Positions 46,968 to 57,726 are shown, numbered from the stretch's first letter. The stretch: DNA of 64,000 bases from an uncultured Thermoplasmata archaeon (GCA_964462425.1 CAYWYD010000006.1:717-64716), one strand, 5' to 3'. The notes: a model not told the origin generated them from the sequence alone. Made by a program: numbers and translations.

Positions 46968-48617
46968 GTGGTGTTGAATATGGTAGATATAAAGGCCCCT
47001 CGAGGGACGGAACTGACCTGTAAAGGCTGGAAGCAAGAAGCGATGCTAAGACAATTGAAAAATAACCTAGAGAACGCTGAAGATCCGGACAATCTGGTGG
47101 TTTATGGGGGATCTGGAAAAGCTGCTAGAAATTGGGATTGTTACGAACAGATCGTAGAAAGTCTAAAAGAGCTCGAAAACGACGAAACCTTAGTGGTTCA
47201 AAGCGGAAAACCCGTAGGTGTCTTTCAGACCCATAAAAGATCACCTAGAGTCCTGATAGCTAATTCTAATCTGGTGCCGAAATGGTCCACGTGGGAAAAA
47301 TTCTACGAGCTAGAAGACCTAGGCTTGATGATGTACGGCCAGATGACCGCCGGAAGTTGGTGTTATATAGGCACTCAGGGCATCATCCAGGGCACCTATG
47401 AAACTTTCGCCGCATTAGCTAGAAAGCACTTCGATGGAACACTAGATGGTAAAATATGTTTGAGTGGGGGCCTAGGAGGAATGGGCGGCGCTCAACCTTT
47501 GTCCATAAAGATGAACGGCGGCGTGGCTTTAGTCGTAGAGATCGATCCTAAAAGAGCACAAAAAAGATTGGAAGCGGGTTTCTGCGACGAGATCATAGAG
47601 GATTTAGATGAAGCTCTCGAGGTCGCAAAAAATGCTAAGGAGGAGAAAAAACCTAGAGCTATAGGAGTGATAGGAAATACCGCGGAAACTCATCCCAAGC
47701 TTCTTGAAAAAGATTTCATTCCAGATGTTTTGACAGACCAAACAAGTGCTCACAACGCCTTGGATTATTTCCCTAAAGATATCCCGTTCGAAGATGCACT
47801 TGAACTGAAGGAGAACGATCCTGAGGAATTCAAAAAGCTGTCGATGGAGTCGATGAAATTACACTGTAAGACCATGGTGAAGATGCAGGAAAAAGGAGCT
47901 GTGACTTTCGATTACGGCAACAATCTTAGAGGACAGGCCTACGAAGCAGGCTTTGAAAATGCATTTGAATACCCCGGTTTCGTTACAGCCTACATCAGAC
48001 CGATGTTCTGCGAGGGGAGAGGACCTTTCCGATGGATGGCGCTTTCAGGTGATCCTCAAGACATACTGAAGACCGATGAAGTCGTTAAAGAACTCTTCCC
48101 GAAGAACGAGCAGCTGAGCAGGTGGATCGATCTTGCGGAGGAAAACTTGCCGTGGGAAGGATTACCGGCTAGGGTTTGCTGGTTAGGTTACGGGGAAAGA
48201 GAACGATTTGCTAAAAAGATCAACGAGATGGTCAAAAGTGGAGAGCTCAAAGCACCGATATCGATAACAAGGGATCATCTTGATGCTGGTAGCGTCGCTA
48301 GTCCGAACAGGGAAACAGAAGATATGAAGGACGGAAGTGACGCAGTGGCGGATTGGCCTCTACTTAACGCGGTGCTGAACACAAGTGCAGGGGCCGACAG
48401 TATTTCGATCCACAACGGCGGAGGTGTGGGCATAGGTCTTTCTACCCATGCCGGGATGGTCGTCGTGGCCGACGGTACTGAAGAATCAGAAGAGAATATA
48501 GAGCGAGTATTCAAAACTGACCCCGGTTTAGGCGTGGTTCGGCATGCCGATGCCGGATACGAGAAGGCGAAGAAATTCGCTAAAGAAAAAGGAATAAAGA
48601 TGCCCATGCTCGATTAA
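46968..48617 (+). CDS. hutU: Urocanate hydratase.
   Basis: Full-length urocanase homology ([23 protein letters not shown]). Confidence 0.9.
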   Translation: MVLNMVDIKAPRGTELTCKGWKQEAMLRQLKNNLENAEDPDNLVVYGGSGKAARNWDCYEQIVESLKELENDETLVVQSGKPVGVFQTHKRSPRVLIANSNLVPKWSTWEKFYELEDLGLMMYGQMTAGSWCYIGTQGIIQGTYETFAALARKHFDGTLDGKICLSGGLGGMGGAQPLSIKMNGGVALVVEIDPKRAQKRLEAGFCDEIIEDLDEALEVAKNAKEEKKPRAIGVIGNTAETHPKLLEKDFIPDVLTDQTSAHNALDYFPKDIPFEDALELKENDPEEFKKLSMESMKLHCKTMVKMQEKGAVTFDYGNNLRGQAYEAGFENAFEYPGFVTAYIRPMFCEGRGPFRWMALSGDPQDILKTDEVVKELFPKNEQLSRWIDLAEENLPWEGLPARVCWLGYGERERFAKKINEMVKSGELKAPISITRDHLDAGSVASPNRETEDMKDGSDAVADWPLLNAVLNTSAGADSISIHNGGGVGIGLSTHAGMVVVADGTEESEENIERVFKTDPGLGVVRHADAGYEKAKKFAKEKGIKMPMLD

Positions 48618-48670
48618 GGAAGTTTGGACTGAACTTTACAGAGTGGATTTTATCAATTTTTAACTTCTAT

Positions 48671-51562
48671 TTACTCAAATCTTAACGCCTCGGCGGGGGA
48701 AACTTTACTGGCCTTTTGTGCGCTTGGTATAGCGGTAACCAACATCGCGATGTAAGCTATCGCACCGATAGTCAAAATAGAACTCCAAGGAATAGCGAAT
48801 TCCCAGCCCATCGGCTTGAAATTATCGTACCACAAAAGCCATCCGATAGCTATCCCTAAAACGGAACCTAACACTATACCAGTGATCGTTACAAACGAGT
48901 TCTCTATCAAGAAAGCATATCGGATCATCTTCCTTTTGAATCCTATAGCTCTCATCATACCTATCTCCAATCTTCTTTCGTGGACTGCTCTCAAACTTAT
49001 GATCCCCAGACCTGCGATGCCCACGACCAGGCCTAACCCCATATATCCGCTGAAAAGATCGAAGAACATGTAAGTCGCACTCAACCCTTCCCTCAAAATC
49101 GTTTCTAAAACGATAGTTTGAAAACCATAGCCTATGAACTCCCTGTTCATATCCTTGGCTAGTTCGTCCGCATCTACACCTTCTTTAACGTTGAAGAAAA
49201 ACAGCGAGTTGGAGGTGATGTTGTACTCCATTTCCATAGTATCTTTCGACATAAAATAGCCGCTGATGACGCTCTGATCAGTGAATCCGATCACTTTTTT
49301 CTCCTGAAATTCCTCTTCCTGATCGATGAACGTAACGTTCGAGCCCAATTCGATCTCCTCACCGCCGGGAGGTCCGAAGTTGTTCATAGGAGCGTTCGTG
49401 ATCACCAAGGAAGGATCTGACAAAACGGTCTCCCATACTTCATCGACCGAATCGTACTCATCGAGATGATCCGACAACCCGAATGTACTGTTACTGACAA
49501 AATTCTTATCTATACCTATGACAGTTCCCTTCCCCCTTTCTTCTTCCTCCTCCTTTCTCATGGGCACTCTAGCTTGATAAGCTGAATCGATATGGTTGAA
49601 ATCTTCTCTACTTAGATTCTGATTTTCAATTATCTCTCGTTCTATATCATCGATCGTTCGATCCTGGGGTGTCATCCCTATTACCTCATATCCCCCGGAT
49701 TGGTCTTCGATCATCGTTTCTATATTCGTATCGAACAGACCTACGATCATCCCCATAACAGTTATCGAGAATATTATCAAAGCGAAGATGAAGATGGTCA
49801 TGGCGGTCCTGAACTTTTCTTTCAACGGGTGAGAGATCGCGGAAAGCACCACCGCCTTGAATCCTTTTTCGGACCTGCACATTTTTTCTATGGCGCTCGT
49901 TATTATATGGCCGTTCAGCATCATTATCAGAACACCGGCGGTGACCACGAACAGACCTGAAAGTATGAACATCTCCAGACCCGAACTGTACTCTTCAAAA
50001 GGGCCGAGCAAATCTAGAGGAACCAACCACCAGATCAGCAAAAATACTCCCACGCCGGTATAAGCGACCCTATCCCCTACCCATCGTCTGATCACCGTTC
50101 CAAACCCGATGATTACGAATGCGATACCGGTAACGGGCAGCCACAATCTTTCGATACCTATCCCTAAAAGGGTCATCAATGCTCCTATAACCAACCCAGC
50201 TGAAGCTAGATAAAATACCTTCCTGTTCTTTTTAGACACCGGCGGTTTAGGTATCTCCTTTATCGCTCTAACGATATTCAATTTAGAGATACGGAAAACG
50301 GTAAAGAATATAGTGCCCATCGTCAGCAAGAAACCCATGCTGAACGCTAAGATCAGACTTTCCGTTTGAAAAGTGAAATGCCTGAGCAGAGATACATCCC
50401 CGGCAAAAGTAGCGAATATGTCTTCAAGTAAATAGAATATCACATAAGTTATTCCTGCTCCTACGAAAACACCCACTAAAGATGCCGCACCAGCGTAAAC
50501 CATCCCCTCGTAAGAGAATACTCTCTGCAGATGACCTCTTTTCATACCTACCGCTCTGCTCATGCCCATCTCGGATTTCCTCTCCTCCCCCAGCATCACA
50601 AAGATATTTACCGCTAGAACGATGCCCGCGATGATCGAAAAAGTGCCGAATAAGAAGAATATGTCCGTGAACTGAGAGATGTTCTCTTTAAAGTCCTGCA
50701 GTACCTGATGTTTATGTTCTCCAACCTCTAACACGCTGTACTTTGCATCATCTTCTAAGACCTTCTCTATATCCTCGGCTATCTGCTCGCTGTACTCGAC
50801 CCCTTTCTCTATACCTCCTACCGAAGTCACCCTTATGTAATTGATTTGATCAGAAAGACCGAAAGCCGATTGTGCATCGGGTAGAGACATGATGATCTTG
50901 CTAGGCCCATGGAAAGCCGCTCTTCCTTTATTTTCGATGACTTCTCGCACCGTATATTCGACCGGAAAGGGCGAGGTTTCTTCTGGAAACAACAAAAGAT
51001 CGTCACCTTTTTTGGCCTCTAATTCCTCCGCCAATCGTTCATCTATAAATATCTCCCCTTCGCCCAATTCAGGCTCGAAACTTTCACCGTCTTTGTAAAA
51101 AGAACCAAAATTCTTTCCCTCTTCAAAGTCCATCCCGATGACATTAGAGCTAGGTTGGGATTGACTCGCATTCATATTTAATGCTGGTAATGAACCGTGA
51201 ACCTCACCGGTCACTCCACCCACATTATCTATCTCTGAGATCTCTGAGCTGAGATTTTGATATGTTCTATTCGAAATCGGGACAAGATCTTCTTCCCGCG
51301 TTCTATTATACACCGCAACGTCGGTATGCTGCCATTCGCTGTATACCTCGTCTTCGACCATACTGTCCATGGTGTCCCCTACCCCGAAAGAGGAAGAGAT
51401 GATCGCGGTCGCGATCATCAAACCTAGGACCACTATGACGGTGTTAGTTTTCCTTCGAAAAATGTTCCTCCATCCGATCTTGAACAGAACTTTATGCCTA
51501 CAGGCGTCGAAGATAACTATGGCAAAAACGATAGCGATGATGACCAGCAGAGGGATGATCAT
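48671..51562 (-). CDS. MacB-like ABC transporter permease with two FtsX domains and large extracytoplasmic domains.
   Basis: 963 aa. Two 4-TM FtsX modules. Adjacent to the ABC ATPase. Confidence 0.8.
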   Translation of the reverse strand: MIIPLLVIIAIVFAIVIFDACRHKVLFKIGWRNIFRRKTNTVIVVLGLMIATAIISSSFGVGDTMDSMVEDEVYSEWQHTDVAVYNRTREEDLVPISNRTYQNLSSEISEIDNVGGVTGEVHGSLPALNMNASQSQPSSNVIGMDFEEGKNFGSFYKDGESFEPELGEGEIFIDERLAEELEAKKGDDLLLFPEETSPFPVEYTVREVIENKGRAAFHGPSKIIMSLPDAQSAFGLSDQINYIRVTSVGGIEKGVEYSEQIAEDIEKVLEDDAKYSVLEVGEHKHQVLQDFKENISQFTDIFFLFGTFSIIAGIVLAVNIFVMLGEERKSEMGMSRAVGMKRGHLQRVFSYEGMVYAGAASLVGVFVGAGITYVIFYLLEDIFATFAGDVSLLRHFTFQTESLILAFSMGFLLTMGTIFFTVFRISKLNIVRAIKEIPKPPVSKKNRKVFYLASAGLVIGALMTLLGIGIERLWLPVTGIAFVIIGFGTVIRRWVGDRVAYTGVGVFLLIWWLVPLDLLGPFEEYSSGLEMFILSGLFVVTAGVLIMMLNGHIITSAIEKMCRSEKGFKAVVLSAISHPLKEKFRTAMTIFIFALIIFSITVMGMIVGLFDTNIETMIEDQSGGYEVIGMTPQDRTIDDIEREIIENQNLSREDFNHIDSAYQARVPMRKEEEEERGKGTVIGIDKNFVSNSTFGLSDHLDEYDSVDEVWETVLSDPSLVITNAPMNNFGPPGGEEIELGSNVTFIDQEEEFQEKKVIGFTDQSVISGYFMSKDTMEMEYNITSNSLFFFNVKEGVDADELAKDMNREFIGYGFQTIVLETILREGLSATYMFFDLFSGYMGLGLVVGIAGLGIISLRAVHERRLEIGMMRAIGFKRKMIRYAFLIENSFVTITGIVLGSVLGIAIGWLLWYDNFKPMGWEFAIPWSSILTIGAIAYIAMLVTAIPSAQKASKVSPAEALRFE

Positions 51563-51567
51563 CTAGG

Positions 51568-52284
51568 CTAGACCTCCTTGTTATTTTGATCTCGGTGGAC
51601 GACTCCGCTCTCCATATGGATCGTCCTTTCCGCCCTTGCTGCGACCCTGTCTTCATGCGTCACGAGGACCATCGTGTGACCATTCTTTTCGTTCAATTTA
51701 CACAGTATATCCATTATTTTATCGGATGTGTCTGTATCGAGATCACCTGTCGGTTCGTCCGCCCATATGATATCGGGCTCGTTGACTATGGCTCGAGCTA
51801 TCGTGACTCTCTGTCGCTCTCCACCGGATAGTGCCGCTGGTCTATGAGAATATCGATGACCCAATCCCACTTGGTCTAGCGCCTTCTCAGCCTTCTTTCT
51901 AGCTCCTTTTGATTTACCAGCGAGTAAAAGAGGAAGTTCGACATTTTCGACGGCAGATAAGACAGGTAGGAGATTATAAAATTGGAATACGAAACCCATG
52001 TTCTTAGCTCTCATCTCGGTTTTTTTATCGTCGCTCAATTCTTTTAGATTCTGATCGCTTATCCATACCTTTCCTTTTGAGATATCGTCGAGGCCGGAAA
52101 GACAATTTAAAAGAGTGGTCTTTCCACATCCGGAGGGGCCCATTATCGCAACCATCTCACCTTCTTCTATGCTTAAGTTCACGCCGCGCAGTGCATGAAC
52201 TCTGACCTCGCCCTCGTAGAACTTGTGCAGATTATGAGACCTTATGATCGAAGAACCTTTAGATTTTAGAAGGGGGCGCTGCAT
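51568..52284 (-). CDS. ABC transporter ATP-binding protein (MacB/LolD type).
   Basis: Walker A GPSGCGKTT, signature LSGGERQRV, Walker B IIWADEPTG. Confidence 0.9.
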   Translation of the reverse strand: MQRPLLKSKGSSIIRSHNLHKFYEGEVRVHALRGVNLSIEEGEMVAIMGPSGCGKTTLLNCLSGLDDISKGKVWISDQNLKELSDDKKTEMRAKNMGFVFQFYNLLPVLSAVENVELPLLLAGKSKGARKKAEKALDQVGLGHRYSHRPAALSGGERQRVTIARAIVNEPDIIWADEPTGDLDTDTSDKIMDILCKLNEKNGHTMVLVTHEDRVAARAERTIHMESGVVHRDQNNKEV

Positions 52285-52363
52285 CTTTACTCACTCTCAT
52301 CTGTAAAAGTTAAATCGCTTATATAATATTTTGTATCTCCACGCTTGAAGGAATGTCAAAATC

Positions 52364-53188
52364 TCACTTCACGCTTTTCAATTTCACGGATCCATCCTTG
52401 ACTAGTGCATATTTTCCTTCTCTATTGCCGCAGTAATTTGGAACCGAAAAGATAGTGAGAAGTTTTCTATCGAAAAAATATTTGAAACCCTCTGGAAAAC
52501 ATTGATGGGCTCTTATCAACATCGATAATGAGTTCCTCTCCAAGAATCGACCGACAGCCTTTTCCCCATAGATATTGTAGGCACCTCTCAGATAATTTCT
52601 TTCAAACAATTCGATATCCTCACTAGGGTCGTTCCAAAATATCTCTTTATATCTCTCATCAGTTTTACTCAAATCTCTTATATCTTCAAGATCTTGGATA
52701 CCTCTTGGGATACCTCCGTGGCATAAGAAGAAATCCCCTATATTCGCTGCTGCGGGTAGTTCCCGGTATAAAGAGAGTATCCGGTCAAACAACTTGGAGG
52801 AATACCTGGTATTGACGACTCTGTAGAAACCGTACCTTCTGTTCATGCTCTCAGTTTCGTGATTCCCTCTCAATAATACTGTCTTGCTCGGCCGTTGTTT
52901 CTTCAATTCTAAAATGTAGGCTAGATTTTCGATCTGCTCCCGCCCTCTATCCACATAATCTCCCAGGAACACGATCGGGAGGTCTCTCTTGACAGCTCTT
53001 TCAGCAGGTATTCTAGCTGCGTCTAGATCCCCGTGCGTGTCCCCCACCACTATGAACTCATCCCAATCCTTCTCTACCAGGTTTCTACCTTCCAGCGATC
53101 TTTTAGCTTCTTCGACGTAGTCAGAAAACTCTTTTTCGCTTACAGCTTCTACACCTTCTTTCAGCAATCTGTCTGCGACTTTCATCAC
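52364..53188 (-). CDS. PPP-family Ser/Thr protein phosphatase (PP1/PP2A-like).
   Basis: GDTHGD, GDYVDRG, GNHE and HGG motifs. Confidence 0.8.
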   Translation of the reverse strand: MMKVADRLLKEGVEAVSEKEFSDYVEEAKRSLEGRNLVEKDWDEFIVVGDTHGDLDAARIPAERAVKRDLPIVFLGDYVDRGREQIENLAYILELKKQRPSKTVLLRGNHETESMNRRYGFYRVVNTRYSSKLFDRILSLYRELPAAANIGDFFLCHGGIPRGIQDLEDIRDLSKTDERYKEIFWNDPSEDIELFERNYLRGAYNIYGEKAVGRFLERNSLSMLIRAHQCFPEGFKYFFDRKLLTIFSVPNYCGNREGKYALVKDGSVKLKSVK

Positions 53189-53231
53189 TCTTTAACATTA
53201 TCGATCGTCATATTTGTATCATTCGAAATGA

Positions 53232-54137
53232 TCATTTACCTATCTCTTCAAGCTTTTCTACTATGATCGCCTTCAATTCTTCTTTGTTCTTCCTCATGTG
53301 ATCGATCTCATCTCCATTCAAAAACAGCCAATCCCATGTCCAAGGTTCTTTTGAGAATTCTATCGCCTCTTCTCTAGTATCTAGCCTGTACTCCTTGAAA
53401 ACGACCTGTTCATCGTCAAGTTCTAAGATCGCTCTCTTAACTTTATTGTAGTCATGTATACTGTAAGGGCATCGATTGCTGTAACCACATTCTACAGACA
53501 ATCTCTTTTCCTCGGAAGTATCAGAAGGTTCAAAATTCGGACCGATCATCTTCGGTTCCTCTACATCGCTATCAAAGGAATACCACATCAGATAGATATA
53601 ATCCTGCGATCTCACCTCGGAAAAACCTATTTCCCTAAACATATCTACAGGAAAATGTACTGGATGGTCCCATGCTAGGGCGGCTACACCGTTAAAGTTG
53701 CTCTTTATCTTTTTTACAGCGGATCTCAGGAGATGTTTTTCCATATCATGATGTTCTACATCTTTTGCCGACTCAGGAGATTTATAATGAAAACACATGA
53801 TCACTGCAGATCCGGGTGCATCGATAGGGTAAGGAGCCGTCTCCGCCGGCATGTATTCCAAAAATCCAACCGTCTCGCCATCATAAAGGAGGCAGCCTTC
53901 CATCCCGAGCTTGAACATCTCTTCTCTCCATCTCAACGTTCGGGAGATATCCCCGCAGAAACTCTTTCCTTCCACTTCGACTCCGCCGGGACAGCAGATG
54001 ATATTATCAAGGTTCTTTGAAGTGAGAGGTTCTACTCTATAATCTTCTCTTGTCATGAGCTCATATCCAATCGCTCTTTCGCTTTCTCTATAACTCTCGC
54101 TTTCTTTTTCTTGTACTCCTCTTCCAACCGGTCGCAT
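53232..54137 (-). CDS. Hypothetical protein (301 aa) with Cys-rich segments. Alternative start at the Met at 54057 would remove the overlap with the FTCD gene.
   Basis: ORF in track, no recognised family. CCPGG...C and C-x6-C motifs. Confidence 0.4.
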   Translation of the reverse strand: MRPVGRGVQEKESESYRESERAIGYELMTREDYRVEPLTSKNLDNIICCPGGVEVEGKSFCGDISRTLRWREEMFKLGMEGCLLYDGETVGFLEYMPAETAPYPIDAPGSAVIMCFHYKSPESAKDVEHHDMEKHLLRSAVKKIKSNFNGVAALAWDHPVHFPVDMFREIGFSEVRSQDYIYLMWYSFDSDVEEPKMIGPNFEPSDTSEEKRLSVECGYSNRCPYSIHDYNKVKRAILELDDEQVVFKEYRLDTREEAIEFSKEPWTWDWLFLNGDEIDHMRKNKEELKAIIVEKLEEIGK

Positions 54138-55906
54138 TCGTCCAGCATCTCGTCGATAAATTCTTCGTCATTGATATCACCGAGGTTGATCTTGACGTTG
54201 GCTATTCCTCCAACAACGCCGGAATAAGCCATCTGTGCGGCGACGAGCGCATCACTTACCGCACCTTGCTTTCCGTGTTCCGCAGCTTTTTCCGCAAGAT
54301 CTATCACCTCTGCGGAACTCCTCGCGGTTTCCATAGGTACTTCTACCGCATTCTTCAGACCTTCCTGCATGGCCTTTTTCCTCTTTTTCCGCTCTTCCTC
54401 GGTAGATTTGGGCATCCGTTTTGCCTCCATGTAATCGTCGAAGGCGTTCGTATCCTCATCCACACTGCTCAAAAGATCGGCCTTCAACTCTTGCGCCTTC
54501 TCTGCAACCGGCATCAATTTCGGATCGAGGTCTTCCGTACCTCTTCCTCCGGTGCTTAGGTTGGAAACCATCGATGACAGCGCAGCACCGATCGACCCGG
54601 ATAGAGCGGCTATACTGCCTCCGCCGGGTGTAGAGGAGTCTCTTGAAACTTCATGAACAAAATCATCGACATCCATATCCACGAGAGCGTCTTCCGGCTT
54701 CATGGGGCCTCCGATCAACTTCTCGTCGGGATCGAATTCCGCTACGTCTCTCAAGCCCAAGGATTGTACAGCGGTTTCGATGATGTCCTCCTCTGGAATC
54801 CCCACGGACTGATTCATCTTTTCAAGGTAATATTTTCCCGTTTGGAGTAGAGCCTCATAGGGAGCTAATCCCACAATCTCACTCCCGGTGACTCTGACCC
54901 CCATCTCTCTAGCCCTGTCGCGGGCGAAATCATACACGTCGTCCAGACTGGTCTTTTTGAAGTTCGTCAGATTGATGGAGACCTGAGCCCGTTCGTATTC
55001 ATCTACATACCAGCCGATCGATTTGCAGTGATCGAATTCTCCTCTCTTTTTCACCGCTTTACCCTCTAGATCGTCAACGTCGTAGTCGTATTCTTTCTCC
55101 AAGAACTCCTGCAGGTCATAGCCGTGTTCTTCCCCCGTATGTTCTTTCACTTCCTCGAAAGTATCTCCGACAAAATCGCATTCTCCACAGGGGAATTCGT
55201 CCTCACCGTATCTAACTATATTTCCTTTCCAATAATGCTGGTCCGGGCTGTTCACTCTTTTCGCTCTCCCCCTCCTCCTCATCTCTAGAGCTATATCCCA
55301 TGCGATCTTCTTGTTCTTGGTATTGAGGTTTATATTGTAAGCTATCAGGAATTCTCTAGCGCCGACAACCGTGGCGCCGGTCTTTTCCACTCTCTCGTTC
55401 CATTCCGCGGGACCAAAATCCGGTTCCCACTCGGGATCGACCAACTTTTCGTCAAGACCTTCGTATTGACCGCTCCTGATAGTGGCAAGATTTTCTCTTT
55501 TTTCTTCCGTTGCCGCCTCTTCATAGAGATAAACCGGGATATCTAATTCTTCGCCGACCTTCTTTCCCAGATCTTCAGCTATCTCCACGCAATCTTCCAT
55601 GGTGGTACCCTTAACAGGTACGAAAGGACAGACGTCGGTAGCTCCCATCCTGGGATGGCTTCCCTCGTGCTGGCTCATATCGATGAGCTCGGCAGCTTTC
55701 TTGATCGCATTGAACGCGGCCTTTTTAACACCTTCCGGTGGGCCCACAAAAGTCACGACGGTCCGATTGGTGTCTTCTCCCATATCCACGTCCTTGACTT
55801 CGACATCTTCGAATACCTCTATCTCGTCAGTTATCTCGTCTATAACGCTTTGATCCCGCCCTTCTGAAAAGTTAGGCACACACTCTATAAGTTCCATATT
55901 ATCCAC
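54053..55906 (-). CDS. Bifunctional glutamate formiminotransferase / formiminotetrahydrofolate cyclodeaminase (FTCD-like), with an internal zinc-finger-like insert.
   Basis: N-terminus ELIECVPNFSEGRD is the formiminotransferase motif. C-terminal domain STPGGGSIAALSGSIGAAL is cyclodeaminase-like. Insert FPCGECDFVGDTFEEVKEHTGEEHGY between them. GTG start. Confidence 0.8.
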   Translation of the reverse strand: MDNMELIECVPNFSEGRDQSVIDEITDEIEVFEDVEVKDVDMGEDTNRTVVTFVGPPEGVKKAAFNAIKKAAELIDMSQHEGSHPRMGATDVCPFVPVKGTTMEDCVEIAEDLGKKVGEELDIPVYLYEEAATEEKRENLATIRSGQYEGLDEKLVDPEWEPDFGPAEWNERVEKTGATVVGAREFLIAYNINLNTKNKKIAWDIALEMRRRGRAKRVNSPDQHYWKGNIVRYGEDEFPCGECDFVGDTFEEVKEHTGEEHGYDLQEFLEKEYDYDVDDLEGKAVKKRGEFDHCKSIGWYVDEYERAQVSINLTNFKKTSLDDVYDFARDRAREMGVRVTGSEIVGLAPYEALLQTGKYYLEKMNQSVGIPEEDIIETAVQSLGLRDVAEFDPDEKLIGGPMKPEDALVDMDVDDFVHEVSRDSSTPGGGSIAALSGSIGAALSSMVSNLSTGGRGTEDLDPKLMPVAEKAQELKADLLSSVDEDTNAFDDYMEAKRMPKSTEEERKKRKKAMQEGLKNAVEVPMETARSSAEVIDLAEKAAEHGKQGAVSDALVAAQMAYSGVVGGIANVKINLGDINDEEFIDEMLDECDRLEEEYKKKKARVIEKAKERLDMSS

Positions 55907-55979
55907 CTATCTCAGTACCGAGAAAATATATGAAAGATAAAAAGATTTTGGAGTGAAAGTCGGTTTTTGTATTTTGTTC

Positions 55980-56633
55980 TTAGAAGGGATCGGCATCGGC
56001 AGGATCCATCGGATAGATTATCGTATTGGGTCCCTCCTGCAGCCATATCTCCTTCTGTCCAGATAGCATCCCGAAGCCGTAGACCTTTGTTATAGGGATA
56101 GGTGAGAAGTAGCTGTAAGTTATGATAACGTGTTCTTCTCTTGTAGCCGATCTTCTCAATTTGTAAACTCCCAATCTGCCCGGCAATCTAGTGAGTTCGT
56201 CAAAATCTATTTCTTCTTTAATACCATCTATAATCCAATCAGCCCAATACAGATCATTCCTTTCCATCTCCCCGATGACCGAATCTGTATCAGAGGAGGG
56301 CCCTATTTTTGTTTCGACAGGGTTATCTATATAACTTCCCTCACCACGAAATATCCGATCTCTATCCATCAAGCCATCACTGAGAGTAGTAGATGAATAA
56401 TGGGATAAGGGCATGAAAAGTAATATGAGCAAAACGATAGCTACTTGAAAATTTTTGATATCTTTCCTATCATCTTTCATGACTGCAGATGAATCTATCT
56501 CACGTCCTTTACTGAAATAAGTAGTCCCTCTGAGTTCCGACTTTTTTTGCCAGATTTGAACAATCAGTATTATAAATCCTAAAGGGAATATGTAGTAGAT
56601 CAAGTATAACAAATACATCATCAGTTCGGACAT
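55980..56633 (-). CDS. Hypothetical membrane protein (2 TM).
   Basis: ORF in track, no motif. Confidence 0.35.
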   Translation of the reverse strand: MSELMMYLLYLIYYIFPLGFIILIVQIWQKKSELRGTTYFSKGREIDSSAVMKDDRKDIKNFQVAIVLLILLFMPLSHYSSTTLSDGLMDRDRIFRGEGSYIDNPVETKIGPSSDTDSVIGEMERNDLYWADWIIDGIKEEIDFDELTRLPGRLGVYKLRRSATREEHVIITYSYFSPIPITKVYGFGMLSGQKEIWLQEGPNTIIYPMDPADADPF

Positions 56634-57016
56634 GACTTATCACCGGATCATCACCGGCTGTGGAAGTAATAAATGTTTTGATAGAATATCTGAGTTTTAT
56701 TGTATTAAAGAATTATAGATGATTAGTAGTTCTTAAAAGGATCTAGGTCTTCCTAGAATCAGACCAGGATAGATGCGATATCAACATATGTCATACATAT
56801 TCCCTGAGAAAACGCATATTTAGCGGTTATCGAGTAACCTCGTCTGACGTAAATACCGTTGATTTAAAGTGATTTTCGTCTGAAAATACCAGGTGTCTAG
56901 TTATTATTATTTATGAAAAATTCTAGCCAGAATGTTAAAAATTTACATCTAAATTTTATTCTTAAGTATAATACACATGATTGTTAAGTTACAATAAAAT
57001 ATAAATAGTATGACAC

Positions 57017-57313
57017 GTGATAATAACCACTATGAAATCGAAAGAAGATCTGCATAGATATATAAATCTGATAAACCAAGATGATTTTGATAAATGGGCT
57101 GAAGGAGAACGATCGCTAGCAGACCTGGTAAGACAACACCATTTTCTTGCCTCGCTATACAAATCGAAGATAGAGAAAGCTATACATCAGCATTCGCCCC
57201 ACGAGTTCTTAGAGATCTTTGAGGAAGAACGACCCGATATAGATTTTAGAGACGAAGAAGACGTAGAAAAAAGGATCCAGAATGAGATGAAAGAGATCGA
57301 GAACGCATTATGA
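57017..57313 (+). CDS. Hypothetical small acidic protein.
   Basis: ORF following a ~370-bp AT-rich region. Confidence 0.3.
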   Translation: MIITTMKSKEDLHRYINLINQDDFDKWAEGERSLADLVRQHHFLASLYKSKIEKAIHQHSPHEFLEIFEEERPDIDFRDEEDVEKRIQNEMKEIENAL

Positions 57314-57466
57314 TCACGACCCATAAATAACCGAACGAAAAACCGGAACAGTGAAGATAAGCCGTCAGACGAAGTAGAGTTCTATATCACAAATTTGACC
57401 AGTATTACGGGACTCCTTTTTCTTTGGATTTAAATAACCCCTCTTGTAATGGTTTCCTTGCAGACG

Positions 57467-57658
57467 ATGAAAGTGAAAGTAAAAGGCGAAGGGGATATAA
57501 ATCTCCAAAAAGGAAGCGACGTCTCTTCACTCGTTAAAGAACTTGACTATCATCTAGACTCAGTGATCGTTCTTTCCGATGACGAACCGCTACCGTTAGA
57601 TCATGATCTAAAAGAGGAGATGGAACTAAAAATAATCTCCGTGGTCTCGGGAGGCTAG
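57467..57658 (+). CDS. Ubiquitin-like small archaeal modifier protein (ThiS/MoaD beta-grasp) ending in Gly-Gly.
   Basis: MKVKVKGEGDINLQKGSDVSSLVKEL...ELKIISVVSGG, C-terminal di-Gly. ~64 aa. Confidence 0.6.
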   Translation: MKVKVKGEGDINLQKGSDVSSLVKELDYHLDSVIVLSDDEPLPLDHDLKEEMELKIISVVSGG

Positions 57659-57726
57659 ATGTTTTGGACATCGGTGGAAAACTTATAAATACAACGTGGC
57701 TTTAAGAGTTCTAACGAGCAACTGAC

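Noticed and set aside
56634-57016. AT-rich tract as the chromosomal replication origin.
   Set aside because: No orc1/cdc6 gene adjacent, and no ORB-like (…GTGGAAA…) repeats recognisable. Left as a low-interest observation only.
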